A stretch of 64,000 bases of DNA, from assembly GCA_951406725.2 (NCBI GenBank), contig OX597822.1, positions 98,952,001 to 99,016,000 on the forward strand, in the 5' to 3' direction. The DNA is from Octopus vulgaris (taxonomy: Eukaryota). The notes below the pieces were generated by a model. That model was not told the DNA's origin. It saw nothing but the letters and a program-made list of their open reading frames with translations, and did not search any database. Within the stretch, counting starts at the first letter, position 1, and every line of letters starts with the position of its first letter. Positions 1 through 11,370 of the stretch are shown piece after piece. A program made the translations under genes and the position numbers.

Positions 1-613
1 CAAACCTGATTACACCTAATCACTGAAATATGAATGAAAATTTCAGAACAGCACAAGCTGAGCTGGATTTCATCTATGTTGTGATTTTCACGGTGTGTTT
101 GCACTGCGTTACTATGTTAGACCAATAGGTCTGGCACAGTATTTATTACTCAAAAAGAATATGTTAAAACCTTTTGCTAATTCAGTTTGATTTCATCATT
201 CAGCATTATTAGATTTTAAAACAAGCTGCATTCAGATTATATCTTAATACTACAAAAACAGAATTATTATAAAGGAAAATAGTTCTGCTTAATATATTTC
301 CAATGAATTTATGTAAACAACTTCTCACTGTGAAAACATGGTGTTTATAAGACTCTTATAAACACTTATAAGATGAATGTAAAAAAGAAAGAATAAGATA
401 TATAAGTAACTGGTAAAAAATAGACTGAGAAAATCAGGGAGAGGAAGGGAAAAAAAAATCAAATAATAGTAAATTATAAGCTAGTTAGTGAGAGTTCGCA
501 AGAAAGGGTATATTTCCGAGAGGGGTGTAAAAGCAAGTAGTAAATATGAAGTCTACTGGTGAAATGTCACCAGTCCCATGTTGTTATTTTTCTCCCTCTT
601 TTATTATGTTACC

Positions 614-846
614 TATTTCTTTACCACCCACAAGAGGCTAAACACAGAGAAGACAAATAAGGACAGACAAACGGATTAAGTCGATTATATCGAGCCCAGT
701 GTGTAACTGGTACTTATTTAATTGACCCCGAAAGGATGAAAGGCAAAGTCGACCTTGGTGGAATTTGAACTCAGAACGTAACCGCAGACGAAATACCACT
801 GAGCATTTCGCCTGGTGTGCTAACAATTCTGCCAGCTCGCTGCCTT
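614..846 (-). mobile_element. tRNA-derived SINE family A (MetaSINE-like core)
   Basis: Head GGCGAGCTGGCAGAA..GTTCAAATTC, core GCCTTTCATCCTTTCGGGGTCGATAAA..AGTACCAG, tail ..AAAGAAATA; TSD of about 15 bp TTTATTATGTTAYCT. Other copies: about 10860-11016(-), 18030-18250(+), 24551-24740(+), 34490-34690(+), 35927-36340(+, dimeric), 37648-37882(+), 55168-55402(-), 55410-55572(-). Confidence 0.85.
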
Positions 847-1203
847 TATTATGTTATCTGATGATAACTATATTTTATACAACTAGCTGTGAGGTGTTCA
901 GAGCTGTCTTAGAGCAATTGCCACAACATTCAATGACAAAGACCAGGAAAATTAGGTTCCCATTACGATTTTAGCATTTCTGTGAAAGTTACCATCTTTG
1001 ATGGGTGTGATGCACTCAAATAACATACTCAGAATAATTGCCCTTACCGCAGTGTGATTCAAAGATGGTGGTAGGTGTAAGAACTGGGAGTCGTTTCCTT
1101 TAACTCAGAATTCAACCAGTTTATCTTATATCTTGCTGAATGGAGTCCAGTTTAGTGAAGGTTTGAGTGTGTGTGTGTTTCTGAATATGCATGTATTCAT
1201 AAA

Positions 1204-1243
<40 letters not shown>

Positions 1244-1439
1244 TATACACACTTGTATATATACATATATGCATATATACCTACATTAGCACTGACACAC
1301 ACACACACTCACACACACACTCATTTACTCACACACATATTCACACTCACTGGTCACATACACACATATTAGTGATGTACACATATCATATACACAAACA
1401 TACATGTAATATATATATATGCGTGTATAAAATTCAAAA

Positions 1440-1479
1440 TGGCTGAAGATTAGCATCACACTTGAAACTCAGAGTACCA
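1440..1479 (+). ncRNA. Minimal type I hammerhead-like motif
   Basis: TGG CTGAAGA ... GAAA CTCAGAG TA CCA; stem II is weak. Downstream flank is homologous to about 54470-54570. Confidence 0.5.
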
Positions 1480-1899
1480 ACGAATTCGAATCAAATTGTT
1501 TTGATCCATACATGTAACTCTCAATAAATGTGTTGAGTGCCCTTCTTTTGTTTGTCCACTCATTCATACACACACACACACACACATTCACACACACACG
1601 CATACATATGTTTTGTATGTTTGTGTATGTTTGTGTATGTGTTTATGTATGTGTATGCGAGTATGTGTATTACTGTCTTCTTGATATCACATGATATTTG
1701 CTTTTGGCAAAATTTGATGCAGATTCTTTGCTCAACTTTCTCTGTCATAGTCAATGCAACAATTACATGCTACACACCTTCCTTCCAAGCAGTGCTGTAA
1801 ATAACAGAAGTGAGCTAGAATGTTAAAACTTAGTGCACATGCACATCAGTGTTTAAGGTCAATCTGTGTCAAGCAGCTTCACTCTGTGTGCTTTAGCTT

Positions 1900-2539
1900 C
1901 GTTAGTATGATAACAGATACTTATTGATCAGACCACGTATGGACAAGGACAACTGTGTAAAGAAGTGCTGGTCTCTAACTGCGGAGGGAACCTGTGGTAG
2001 AGGTAGACTCAGGAAGACATGGGACAAGGTGGTGAAGCATGATCTTTGAATTTTGGGCCTCACAGAGACAATGACTGGTGACCGAGACCTTTGGCAAAAT
2101 ACAGTGCTTGAGAAGATCCATCAAGCCAAGTGAAATCCTAGTTGTGGTTGATGCTGGTGTCGCGTAACTTGGCACCCGTGCTGGTGGCATGTAAAAAGCA
2201 CCTTTGGAGGAAAAGTGGATGATGCTAGTGGCACGTGAAAAGTTCCTTTTGAGTCTTGGGTCGCACAGAGGCAATAATCGAGACCTTTGGCATCATGCTG
2301 TGTTTGAGAAGAAGACCCATCAAGCCAAATCGCAGTTATGGTAGATACTGGTGTCACGCAAATGGCACCTGTGCCGGTGGCACATAAAAGCACCCATTAC
2401 ACTCAAAAGTGGTTGGCATTAGGAAGAGCATCCAGCCATGGAAAACCATGCCAAATCAGACTGGAGTTTGTTGCAGCATCCAGGTTACCAGCCCTGGTCA
2501 AACCATCCAACCCCTGCCAGTACGGACAATGGATGTTAA

Positions 2540-2570
<31 letters not shown>
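1900..2570 (+). mobile_element. RTE LINE 3' end (ORF2 C-terminus + 3' UTR with (GAT)n tail)
   Basis: GTCGRGRLRKTWDKVVKHDL coding remnant running directly into the GGCACGTAAAAGCACC-containing UTR and (GAT)n. Confidence 0.75.
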
Positions 2571-2829
2571 GGGTCTCATATTATTTCAAATGCTCATAGA
2601 GATTTGTACAAATCAATGTGGTAACCTCTTTGTGGTATTTTATCCTGTTAGAAATGGGAACCAAATCTGTTACGAATTACAACTTACTGCCTTTAAGAAA
2701 ATGTTTAGAAACTATTTGAATATAAACATAAGAAGGTCACTTTTGGAATGTTTTTGATTATAAGATGTTCTTGATCAAACATTGCTGACCTGGTCTATAT
2801 GACAACATTGTCTGACATTTGCTTGTATA

Positions 2830-2861
<32 letters not shown>

Positions 2862-3722
2862 TGTAGGGAAGAAAGAGAACGAGAGAAAATGAGTGAAAAC
2901 TATTTGGATAAAAAATGTTAAGGTCATGTTTGGAATGTCTTTGACGAAAGATCTCAATCATTGCTGCCCTGAAAGTAAATGAAACAACATTGCCTGGCAT
3001 GTGTATGCATAGGGGACTGAAAAACATAGAAAGGGGAGAGGAGGTAAGAATAGGAGAGAGAGAGAGGAAGAGAGTGAAGGAGAGAGAATAAAGAGAAGAG
3101 GAGGAAAAAGAAAGAGAGGGAAAGGAGAGGCGATAGAATTTGTTTTTCATCTTTATTTTTTACTTGTTCAAGTCACTGGACTGTGGCCATCCTGGGGCAC
3201 TATCTTGTAGGGTTTTAATCAAACAACTTGACCCCAGTGCTTATCTTAAGTCTGGTATTTATTCTATTGGTCTCTTTAGCTGAACTTCTATGTTATGGGG
3301 ATAGAAAGAAACCAATTCTGGTTGTCAAGCAGTAGGAGGGGAAATACACAGACACAAAGACACACACATACATACATACACATATACATACATACATACA
3401 TGCTTATATATATATACATATACATATATATATATATATATATATGTGTTTATACAGTTTACTCAGCTGTAGAAAAGAGTTGCGGCGTCACAGGTGCCTT
3501 TGCCTTTCCCTTGCATAACATTGGTGGAGTGTAGAGGGGAGGCTTGTATGCATGGGCGACTGCTGGTCTTCCATAAACAACCTTGCCCGGACTTGTGCCT
3601 GGGAGAGTAACTTTCTAGGTGCAATCCCATGGTCTGTGTCGTGACCGAAGGGGGGGTCTCAGGATATATATATATATATATATGTATGTATATAGATACA
3701 CATACACACACACACACACACG

Positions 3723-3755
<33 letters not shown>

Positions 3756-4339
3756 CTATATACATATATATATGTGTATATAAATACATATACACATATA
3801 TACATATGATGGGCTTCTACACAGTTTCCATTGACCAAATTCACTCACAAGACATTTGTTAACCCAGAGCTATATTAGGAGTCACTTGCCCAAAGCGCTA
3901 TGTAGTGAGATTGAACCCCAAGATAACATGGTCGAGAAGCAAGCTTCTTAACCACACAGCCATTGTATTTATATTGAAACTAAAATCCAGTCATATGTTT
4001 GTAATTGCCTGGTTCCAACTTGGAGAGATTTGTTTCCTTTCTATTTTGGTAAACAAACTATGTGTGCGAGTGAAAGTTCCATAGCTTGAAATTCTAACAT
4101 TAATGCCATTCAGCATTGGTGATATCATGCAGACAATGTTAAAGATGCTTACAGCATCGTGAGGTGGAATAATTTCTCCATTTCTTTAGTCTTATGTTGG
4201 CAGCTGCAGAAGAAACAAGATTGGGCAGAAAATTGCTCCAGCTGCAATCAGTTTCTGAAACGTTATAATTAGACGCAGTAAAGTATCAGTAATAATGATA
4301 GCAAATGCAGTAATTATAGAAGTTAAGGTGCTAAAAAAG

Positions 4340-5172
4340 AATCAGAGAAAGAGCAGGGAGAGGAAGAGAGAGTGTGTGTGAAAGAGAGAGAGAGAGAGAG
4401 AGAGAGAGCAGGGGAGAGGAAGAGAGAGTGAGAGAGAGAGAGAAAGCAGGGGAGAGGAAGAAAGAGTGAGAGAGAGAGAGAAAGCAGGGGAGAGGAAGAG
4501 AGAGAGAGCAGGGGAGAGGAAGAGAGAGTGAGAGAGAGAGAGAAAGCAGAGGAGAGGAAGAGAGAGAGAGAGAGAGAAAGCAGGGGAGAGAGAGAGAGAG
4601 AGAGAGAGAGAAAGCAGGGGAGAGAGAGAGAGAGAGAAAGCAGGGGAGAGGAAGAGAGAGAGAGGGAGAGAAAGAGAGAGCAGGGGAGAGGAAGAGAGAG
4701 AGAGAGAAAGCAGGGGAGAGGAAGAGAGAGTGAGAGAGAGAGAGAAAGCAGGGGAGAGGAAGAGAGAGATAGAGAGAGAAAGCAGGGGAGAGGAAGAGAG
4801 AGTGAGAGAGAGAGAGAGAGAAGCAGGGGAGAGGAAGAGAGAGTGAGAGAGAGAAAGCAGGGGAGAGGAAGAGAGAGATATAGAAAGAGAGAGAGTGAGA
4901 GAAAGCAGGGGAGAGGAAGAGAGAGTGAGAGAGAGAGAGAAAGCAGGGGAGAGGAAGAGAGAGAGAGAGAGAAACCAGGGGAGAGAGAGAGAAAGCAGGG
5001 GAGAGGAAGAGAGAGTGAGAGAGAGAGAGAAAGCAGGGGAGAGGAAGAGAGAGAGAGAGAGAGAGAGAAAGCAGGGGAGAGGAAGAGAGAGAGAGAGAGA
5101 AAGCAGGGGAGAGGAAGAGAGAGAGAGAGAGAGAGAAAGCAGGGGAGAGGAAGAGACAGAGAGAGAGAGAGA
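4340..5172 (+). repeat. Compound minisatellite: (GA)n interleaved with AAGCAGGGGAGAGGAA
   Basis: More than 20 units over about 830 bp, almost pure purine strand; source of the 309-aa and 228-aa artefact ORFs. Confidence 0.95.
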
Positions 5173-5814
5173 AGTAAAAGATATAACTTAACAGGTGACA
5201 GGGGAAATAGATGAATTTTTCAAAAAGTTCTCTGATATTTCTTGCTGTTAATGTAGCCATTGATGTTGTTAATAGGCATTGCAGTCACATATTTCTCCCA
5301 ATTTTCATTTAATAAATGCTTCATGTTAGTCTTAAACAGAACCATTATTCTGTTATCTCCCTTCGTGATACAACAAACATTAATTTCATTTTGATTGGAT
5401 GCATGAATATTTTCTGAGAAGGAAGGAGCAGGCAAAATTATTAGGTTGTCCCAAAAGTTCATAAACACTTGCGAAAATTTAATTTTTACTCACCAAGTAC
5501 TAACAAAAGCAACAAAAATTATTCCTCAAAATAAAAACCATTATTTTCCAAGACTTTCTACGAACTTTTGGGACAACCTTATATTTGACCCATGTCACTG
5601 CAGGTAATATTCTTCTTTCCAGAATCAAGATAATTCTTGTCTTAGTGTCAAATATAAGAAAGAAGTAAAGATAGTTCAAAGAAGGTGAAAGCAAAAAAGT
5701 AGAATAAATGATGATGAAAAATAAAATGACACAAAAAATAAGACAGTTAAAAAGAGTTTGGGAAACATAAAATATAAGGTGCACATTATAATATAAACCA
5801 TTCAAAATCAAAAT

Positions 5815-6355
5815 CAAAATCAAATTCGATAACTGGCGTCTGTGCTAGCGGGGTGCAAAGAGCACCATACAAGTGTGATCATTGACAGAGTGGCTAACTG
5901 GCTTCTTAAAAGGCACCATTCGAGCGTGATCGTTACCAGCGTTGCCTTACTGGCATTCGAGCCCCGTGCTAGTAGGGTATGAAGAGCACCATCTGAGCAT
6001 GATCGTTGCCAGAGCGGCTATCTGGCCTCTGTGCCAGTGGCACGTAAAAGACACCATTCGAGCGTGATCATTACCAGCAACACCTTACTGGAACCTGTGC
6101 TGGTGGCATGTGTAAAAGATTTGAGCAAGGTTGTTGCCAGTACTGCCTGACTGGCCCTGTGCCGGTGGCACGTAAAAGCACCCACTACACTCTCGGAGTG
6201 GTTGGCGTTAGGAAAGGCATCAAGCTGTAGAAACTTTGCCAGATCAAGATGGAAGTCTGGTACAGCCATCTGGTTCGCCAGCCCTCAGTCATTCATCCAA
6301 CCCATGCTAGCATGGAAAGCGGACGTTAAACGATGATGATGATGAGGATGATGAT
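5815..6355 (+). mobile_element. RTE 3'-UTR-type repeat with (GAT)n tail
   Basis: Same ...GTTAGGAAGGGCATCCAGCTGTAGAAAC...CATGCTAGCATGGAAAGCGGACGTTAAACGATGATG tail. Other copies: about 9100-9340(+), 17190-17490(-), 30437-30818(+), 36497-36828(+), 37100-37204(+), 42737-43060(-), 44778-45018(+), 47630-47906(+), 53883-54110(-), 60795-60972(+), 62054-62320(-). Confidence 0.8.
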
Positions 6356-6825
6356 ATATATATTTGGGGGTAGGAATGACTGAGTAAGTGCAGGTAATGA
6401 TATGTGGTTAAGAGGTTTCAAACACAAGGTTCTGCATATGGTGGAATTATGAAGGGATAACTTACAAGTTTATTCCTGATGCCAAACTGTACTCCATACA
6501 GCAGGAATGGATGTGTGCTATTGTGTGGCAAAAATGCCTATCATTGGTTAATAGAAAGCAAACTATGTATGTATGTATGTATGTATGTATGCATGCATGT
6601 ATGTATGTATGTATGTATGTATGTATGTATGTATGTGTGTGTGTGTGTGTGTATGTGTGTATGTATGTATGTATGTATGTGTGTGTGTGTGTATGTATGT
6701 ACGTATGTATGTATGTATGCATGCATGCATGTATGTATGAATTATACATGACATTAAATAAATAAATGCACCCTTTTAAAGCCTAGCTAGACTCATGGGC
6801 CCAGTTTCCCAGTTTCTATGATGTA

Positions 6826-8078
6826 CGAGGGGCGTTCAATAAGTAATGCTCCTGACCCACTTCCCATAGCAGTAGAGCAACGAAACTTGGCACAGTAATT
6901 AGTCTTCTTCTACATAGGAACCACCCAGAGTTACGCATTTCTCCCATCGTATGATGCGGCTCTGGAGACCGTTTTTGTAGAAGACCCCAGCTTGGTCCTC
7001 CAACCTGAATGTGACTTCAGAAATCAAGGCTGCAACATCTGGGAAACGCTTTCCTTTCAAAAACAACTTCATGACTGGGAAGAGGTGAAAATCAGAGGGT
7101 GCAAGGTCAGGAAAGTAGGGGGATGGGGGAGGAGTTCATAGCCATACGCCTGTGCTTCTGATCTGGCGACAAGCGAGTTGTGGACTGGAGCGTTGTCCTG
7201 CAGGAGGAGGATGCCTTTGCTGATCTTGCCCCGCCTCTTGATTTTGATAACTTCTCTTAAATTCCTCAAAAGTGAAGCATAATAAGCTCCTGCAATTGTG
7301 GTACCCTTTGCCAGGAAATCTGTCATCACTACTCCGTCCTGGTCCCAGAAGACTGTGAGCATGACCTTGCCAGCGGAGGGCTGCACCCTTGCCTTCTTTG
7401 GAGGGGGTGAGTCACGGTGCTTCCACTGCATTGACTGGGCTTTGGTCTCTGGATCATCGTGATGGACCCAGGTTTCATCCTGTGTAATCAGTCTTTTGAA
7501 AAATTTTGACTCATCTTCTTGGCACATCTCCAAATTCACCCTCGAGCACTCGACACGTTCTTGCTTCTGGAAAGGTGTGAGCAACCTGGGAATCCATCTG
7601 GCAGACACCTTTTGCATATGCAAATGGTCATGAATGATAGTTTCCACAGACCCGGTACTAATCTTGACCTCATGGGCAATTTGGCGAATAATTATGCGTC
7701 GATCTTCCAAAATGGCAGCCTCAACTTGACGGACAGATGCCTCATCAATGGCAGAAGGGGCGACCAGATCTGGGAGCTGTTTCCACAGAGTTCTGACCAT
7801 GTTTGAATTCACGATGCCAGCGTTTTACAAGGTCATATGATGGGGCATCATCACCATAAGTTACTTTCATTTCATCGAAAGTCTCCCGTGGTGTGCGTCC
7901 TTTCAAATACAAAAACCGAATCACTGCTCAACACTCAACAGGCTCCATTTCACACTTGACTCGGTTCAAACACCTGTAAATCAGAAACCACAATTAATTC
8001 AGAGAGATATAAATGATTGCACATGCAAAATTTCAGCTAGATCAAACAACTGCAATTGGGTCAGAGGCATTACAGAGG
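6826..8078 (-). mobile_element. Mariner (DD34D) DNA transposon, decayed, inserted into a SINE
   Basis: TA TSD at 6824-6825 and 8079-8080. Left TIR CGAGGGGCGTTCAATAAGTAATGCTCCTGACCCA; right TIR partial (TGGGTCAGAGGCATTAC). Confidence 0.9.
6899..7948 (-). pseudogene. Mariner transposase pseudogene
   Basis: ARWIPRLL, TQDETWVHH and QDNAPVH motifs plus a frameshifted (Y)FPDLAPSD, giving D34D spacing. Early TGA after MEPVEC and at least two frameshifts. Confidence 0.9.
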
Positions 8079-8450
8079 TATGTATTTCCCAGCTGGATGG
8101 GACACCAGTCCTTCGCAGCATTACTCATTTTTGCCAGCTGAGTAGAGTGGAGCAACGTGAAATGAAGTGTTTTACTCAAGAGCACAATGTTTTGTCCGCT
8201 CCAGGAATCGAAACCACAACTTACGATCATGATGCTGACACCCTAACCACTAAGCCATGTGCCTCCACATATATGACATTAACAGAGTTGAATTTACTTT
8301 CTCTGATTCAATAATTGCAAAAAGAATTAAGCAATGTTGTTACTCATATATGCTTTATACTCTCTACAAATGATATTTGGAGCTACATTCTTAGATCTTA
8401 TTTCTTTGTTCAAGGCACTGAACTCCTGGTCATACTGAAGCACCAAGTAC

Positions 8451-8805
8451 TTTTCAAACTCCACCTGTCTAACACCCGTGGACATGTTTACAAAGTCAGA
8501 AAACAGCACAGCTCCCATGACTTTAGGAAACATTTTTTCACGCTAAGAGTTGCTGAAGCATGGAACAAACTGCCAGCATCAGTTGTTAGTTGTCGGAGCA
8601 CTGCATCCTTCAAAACTTCCATGCTTCCTGAGATTCGCCAACACCACACCTGATTTTCTCCCCTCCATACACACACAACCATGTATCTGACTCCTACACT
8701 GTTCACTTTCCAGACATTTGTACATTACTGCATATACTTTATACGCACTTTTGATAAGTTGTGGTGAACCTGAGCACTGTATACAATAATTTCATTATTA
8801 TTATT
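8451..8805 (+). mobile_element. CR1-clade LINE 3' fragment
   Basis: TRGHVYKVRK..RKHFFTLRVAEAWNKLP C-terminus, then a 3' UTR ending CTGAGCACTGTATACAATAATTTC(ATT)n. Confidence 0.85.
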
Positions 8806-9306
8806 ATTTTATTATTTATATTTATGTGACAATTCCCCATTTTCAATCATCTGTCACACTCTTTTCACACTCTAATGCCCTTGCTTGCCCACTCTTTCTG
8901 TTTCACAATTCCCTTTTTCTTTCTCTCTCTCACCTTCATATCCACCTCGGGCTTTGAGAGCATGCTCTCACCATCTCTCTCTCTCTCTATTTTTCCAGCC
9001 AAGGAAGCCATGGATTCACCTCTTTGGCAAAACATCTGTTTCTGTCTCTCTGTCATACTTTCACATTCTTCAATACTACACTCTACGCACTTAATGGGTC
9101 TTGTCTTGCAAGTACTTGGTGACCTCACTAATGTCAGTATCACAGAAAAAAAAAAAAAAGCTCTAGTACACACTATAAAGTGGTTGATGTTAGGAAAGGC
9201 ATCCCTCTGTAAAAATTACATCAAAGCAGACAATGGAGCTTGGTGCAGTCCTCTGGCTCCTGTTGAACCATCCAACCCATGCTAGCATGGAAAACAGGAT
9301 TATTAA

Positions 9307-9338
<32 letters not shown>

Positions 9339-11370
9339 AAGAATTTTAGTGATGATGACAATGATGACAATGTTAGCGATGCCGACAACAACAATGATGA
9401 TGATGAATATAACACAGGGTCATAACTTCTAAACAGCATTTCCTAGACATATTACCTTTGGACAATATCTTCCCAAGTGTATAATTTTCTAATGATCAGA
9501 TCAATGGTGAATCATTTCCAAACAGTCTCATCTGTGTACAGTCTCTCAATAACATGCTCAACAATGTAAAGCTTCTAACCAATGTTTCCCCCAACATAAT
9601 TAAACTATATTACATGATACTTCACTGATGATATTAATATCTCAACAACACTGGCTTTAACAGTATAAACAAATGTAATTTTACTTTGTAAATGCAATTA
9701 GCAGATTTTATTTTACGAGTGTGACAGTTTTTTTTTGGTTTTGTTTGTGTTTAACTGAAATAGATGCAAGTAATGTTTATTCAAAAATCTAATCTTTTCA
9801 TTTTGACAATATTCTAGAAATAATTATATTTGTCCTTCTCGTTTACTGTTTGAAATAAGAAATTAGCTTCCAGCCTGCTTTGAATTTCTCGTTTAAATTT
9901 GAAGTGGTAACAGTGCTAGTTAACTAAATTGGAAATTACATCTGAGAAAATGAAAGAGAAAGTAAGACAGAGATACAGAGAGAGTGGGGTAGAAATGGAA
10001 AGAAAGAGGAAAACAGGATCATCCAACAGGTGCATACAAGTCACTAACTGTTAGTAACCACCTACTCATTATAAACTGAAGCTCGTATACCAGTGAAAGT
10101 AAAACCAATTTAAATTTTGCACCTGGATGACAATTAACAACAGCTCAAAAAGTGATAAACACTTGAAGAAAATTCAAAGTAAATAGCTTAAACTTTAAAC
10201 ACAAATTACAGCTAGAAAGCAATTCTTTCTTAACATACGTAGGCATAGGAGTGGCTGTGTGGTAAGTAGCTTACTTACGAACCTTATGGTTCTGGGTTCA
10301 GTCCCACTACATGGCATCTTGGGCAAGTGTCTTTTACTATAGCCTCGGGCCAACCAAAGCCTTGTGAGTGGATTTGGTAGAGGGAAACTGAAGGAAGCCT
10401 GTCATATATATGTATATATATATATATATATATATACTAGCATTAAAGACCCGTCGTTGCCGGGTCATAGTGCTAGTGCATGTATATATGTGTACATATT
10501 ACATGTACATCTATATATATATATATACACATAAAATACAAAATACAAAGTTATATCTTGATATAGCTAGTGATAACAATACTCAAAATATATAACAGAC
10601 TGGAATTGTTAGCCCGTCTCTTGTAATTTCAATCAATTGTATCTTGTCCTCCCTCTTGTATAGAAGTGTGGCTACAATCCGACGGCTGCAGCGAAATTAA
10701 TTTTTGGACTTTCTTCTATCGAAGACATTTTGACAAAAGTACTTCTGTGTAAACGGTGAAAATATTGTCAATTTCCCCAAACAGGGACACAATTCAATTT
10801 TTAAACGATAACCAAAGCTCCTTCTCCCAAAGGGGGAGGGTTATGGTTTACAATTATTTAACAAATGCAACACAACAGTGTTCAACTGGTAATTGTTTTA
10901 TCGATCCCGCAAGGATGAAAGACGCCGACGACCTCGGCGGAATTAGAACTCAGAATGTAAAGACATGAAATACCACAAAGCATTTCACCCAGCGTGCTAA
11001 CGATTCTGCCAGCTTACGAGGAACCAACAAACGTGATAACAATAGTTAAACAGAAATAATAATAACAACAAACCTTACGGTTGAAGCTATAGGCCTTTAT
11101 GGATCAGAAATAAACTAACAGCGGTACTCAGTAGATATTTCTTTATTAAGATTATAAAAATCGATACACAGAAGGACAAATACAGGACATACATACAAAA
11201 ACATTTAAGAGATTCGATTAAAAATTATGTTTCAATTCGTTATAAAATATTAACCTTTGCATAACTAGTATAGCAAACAACAGTAGGTGAACTTGTAGTC
11301 TCACTGGAGCTTTTACACCCCGGCAATTTATGAGGCCCTGCAGCTTCCACTTCCTCTCTCTCCTCCATGG

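Larger units (their letters stand above)
6757..8268 (-). mobile_element. tRNA-derived SINE family D, split by the mariner
   Basis: Head TGGCTTAGTGG..GGTTTCGATTCC at 8200-8268; the body resumes on the other side of the mariner (6757-6823). Related decayed copies near 51080-51290 and 51890-52030. Confidence 0.75.

Noticed and set aside
4331-5260. 309-aa and 228-aa ORFs
   Set aside because: Translations of the (GA)n minisatellite with no domain content.
4020-5470. Possible host exons (AG acceptor-like sites at about 4331 on the minus strand and 5195 on the plus strand)
   Set aside because: Frames close quickly, no good donor sites and no recognisable protein.
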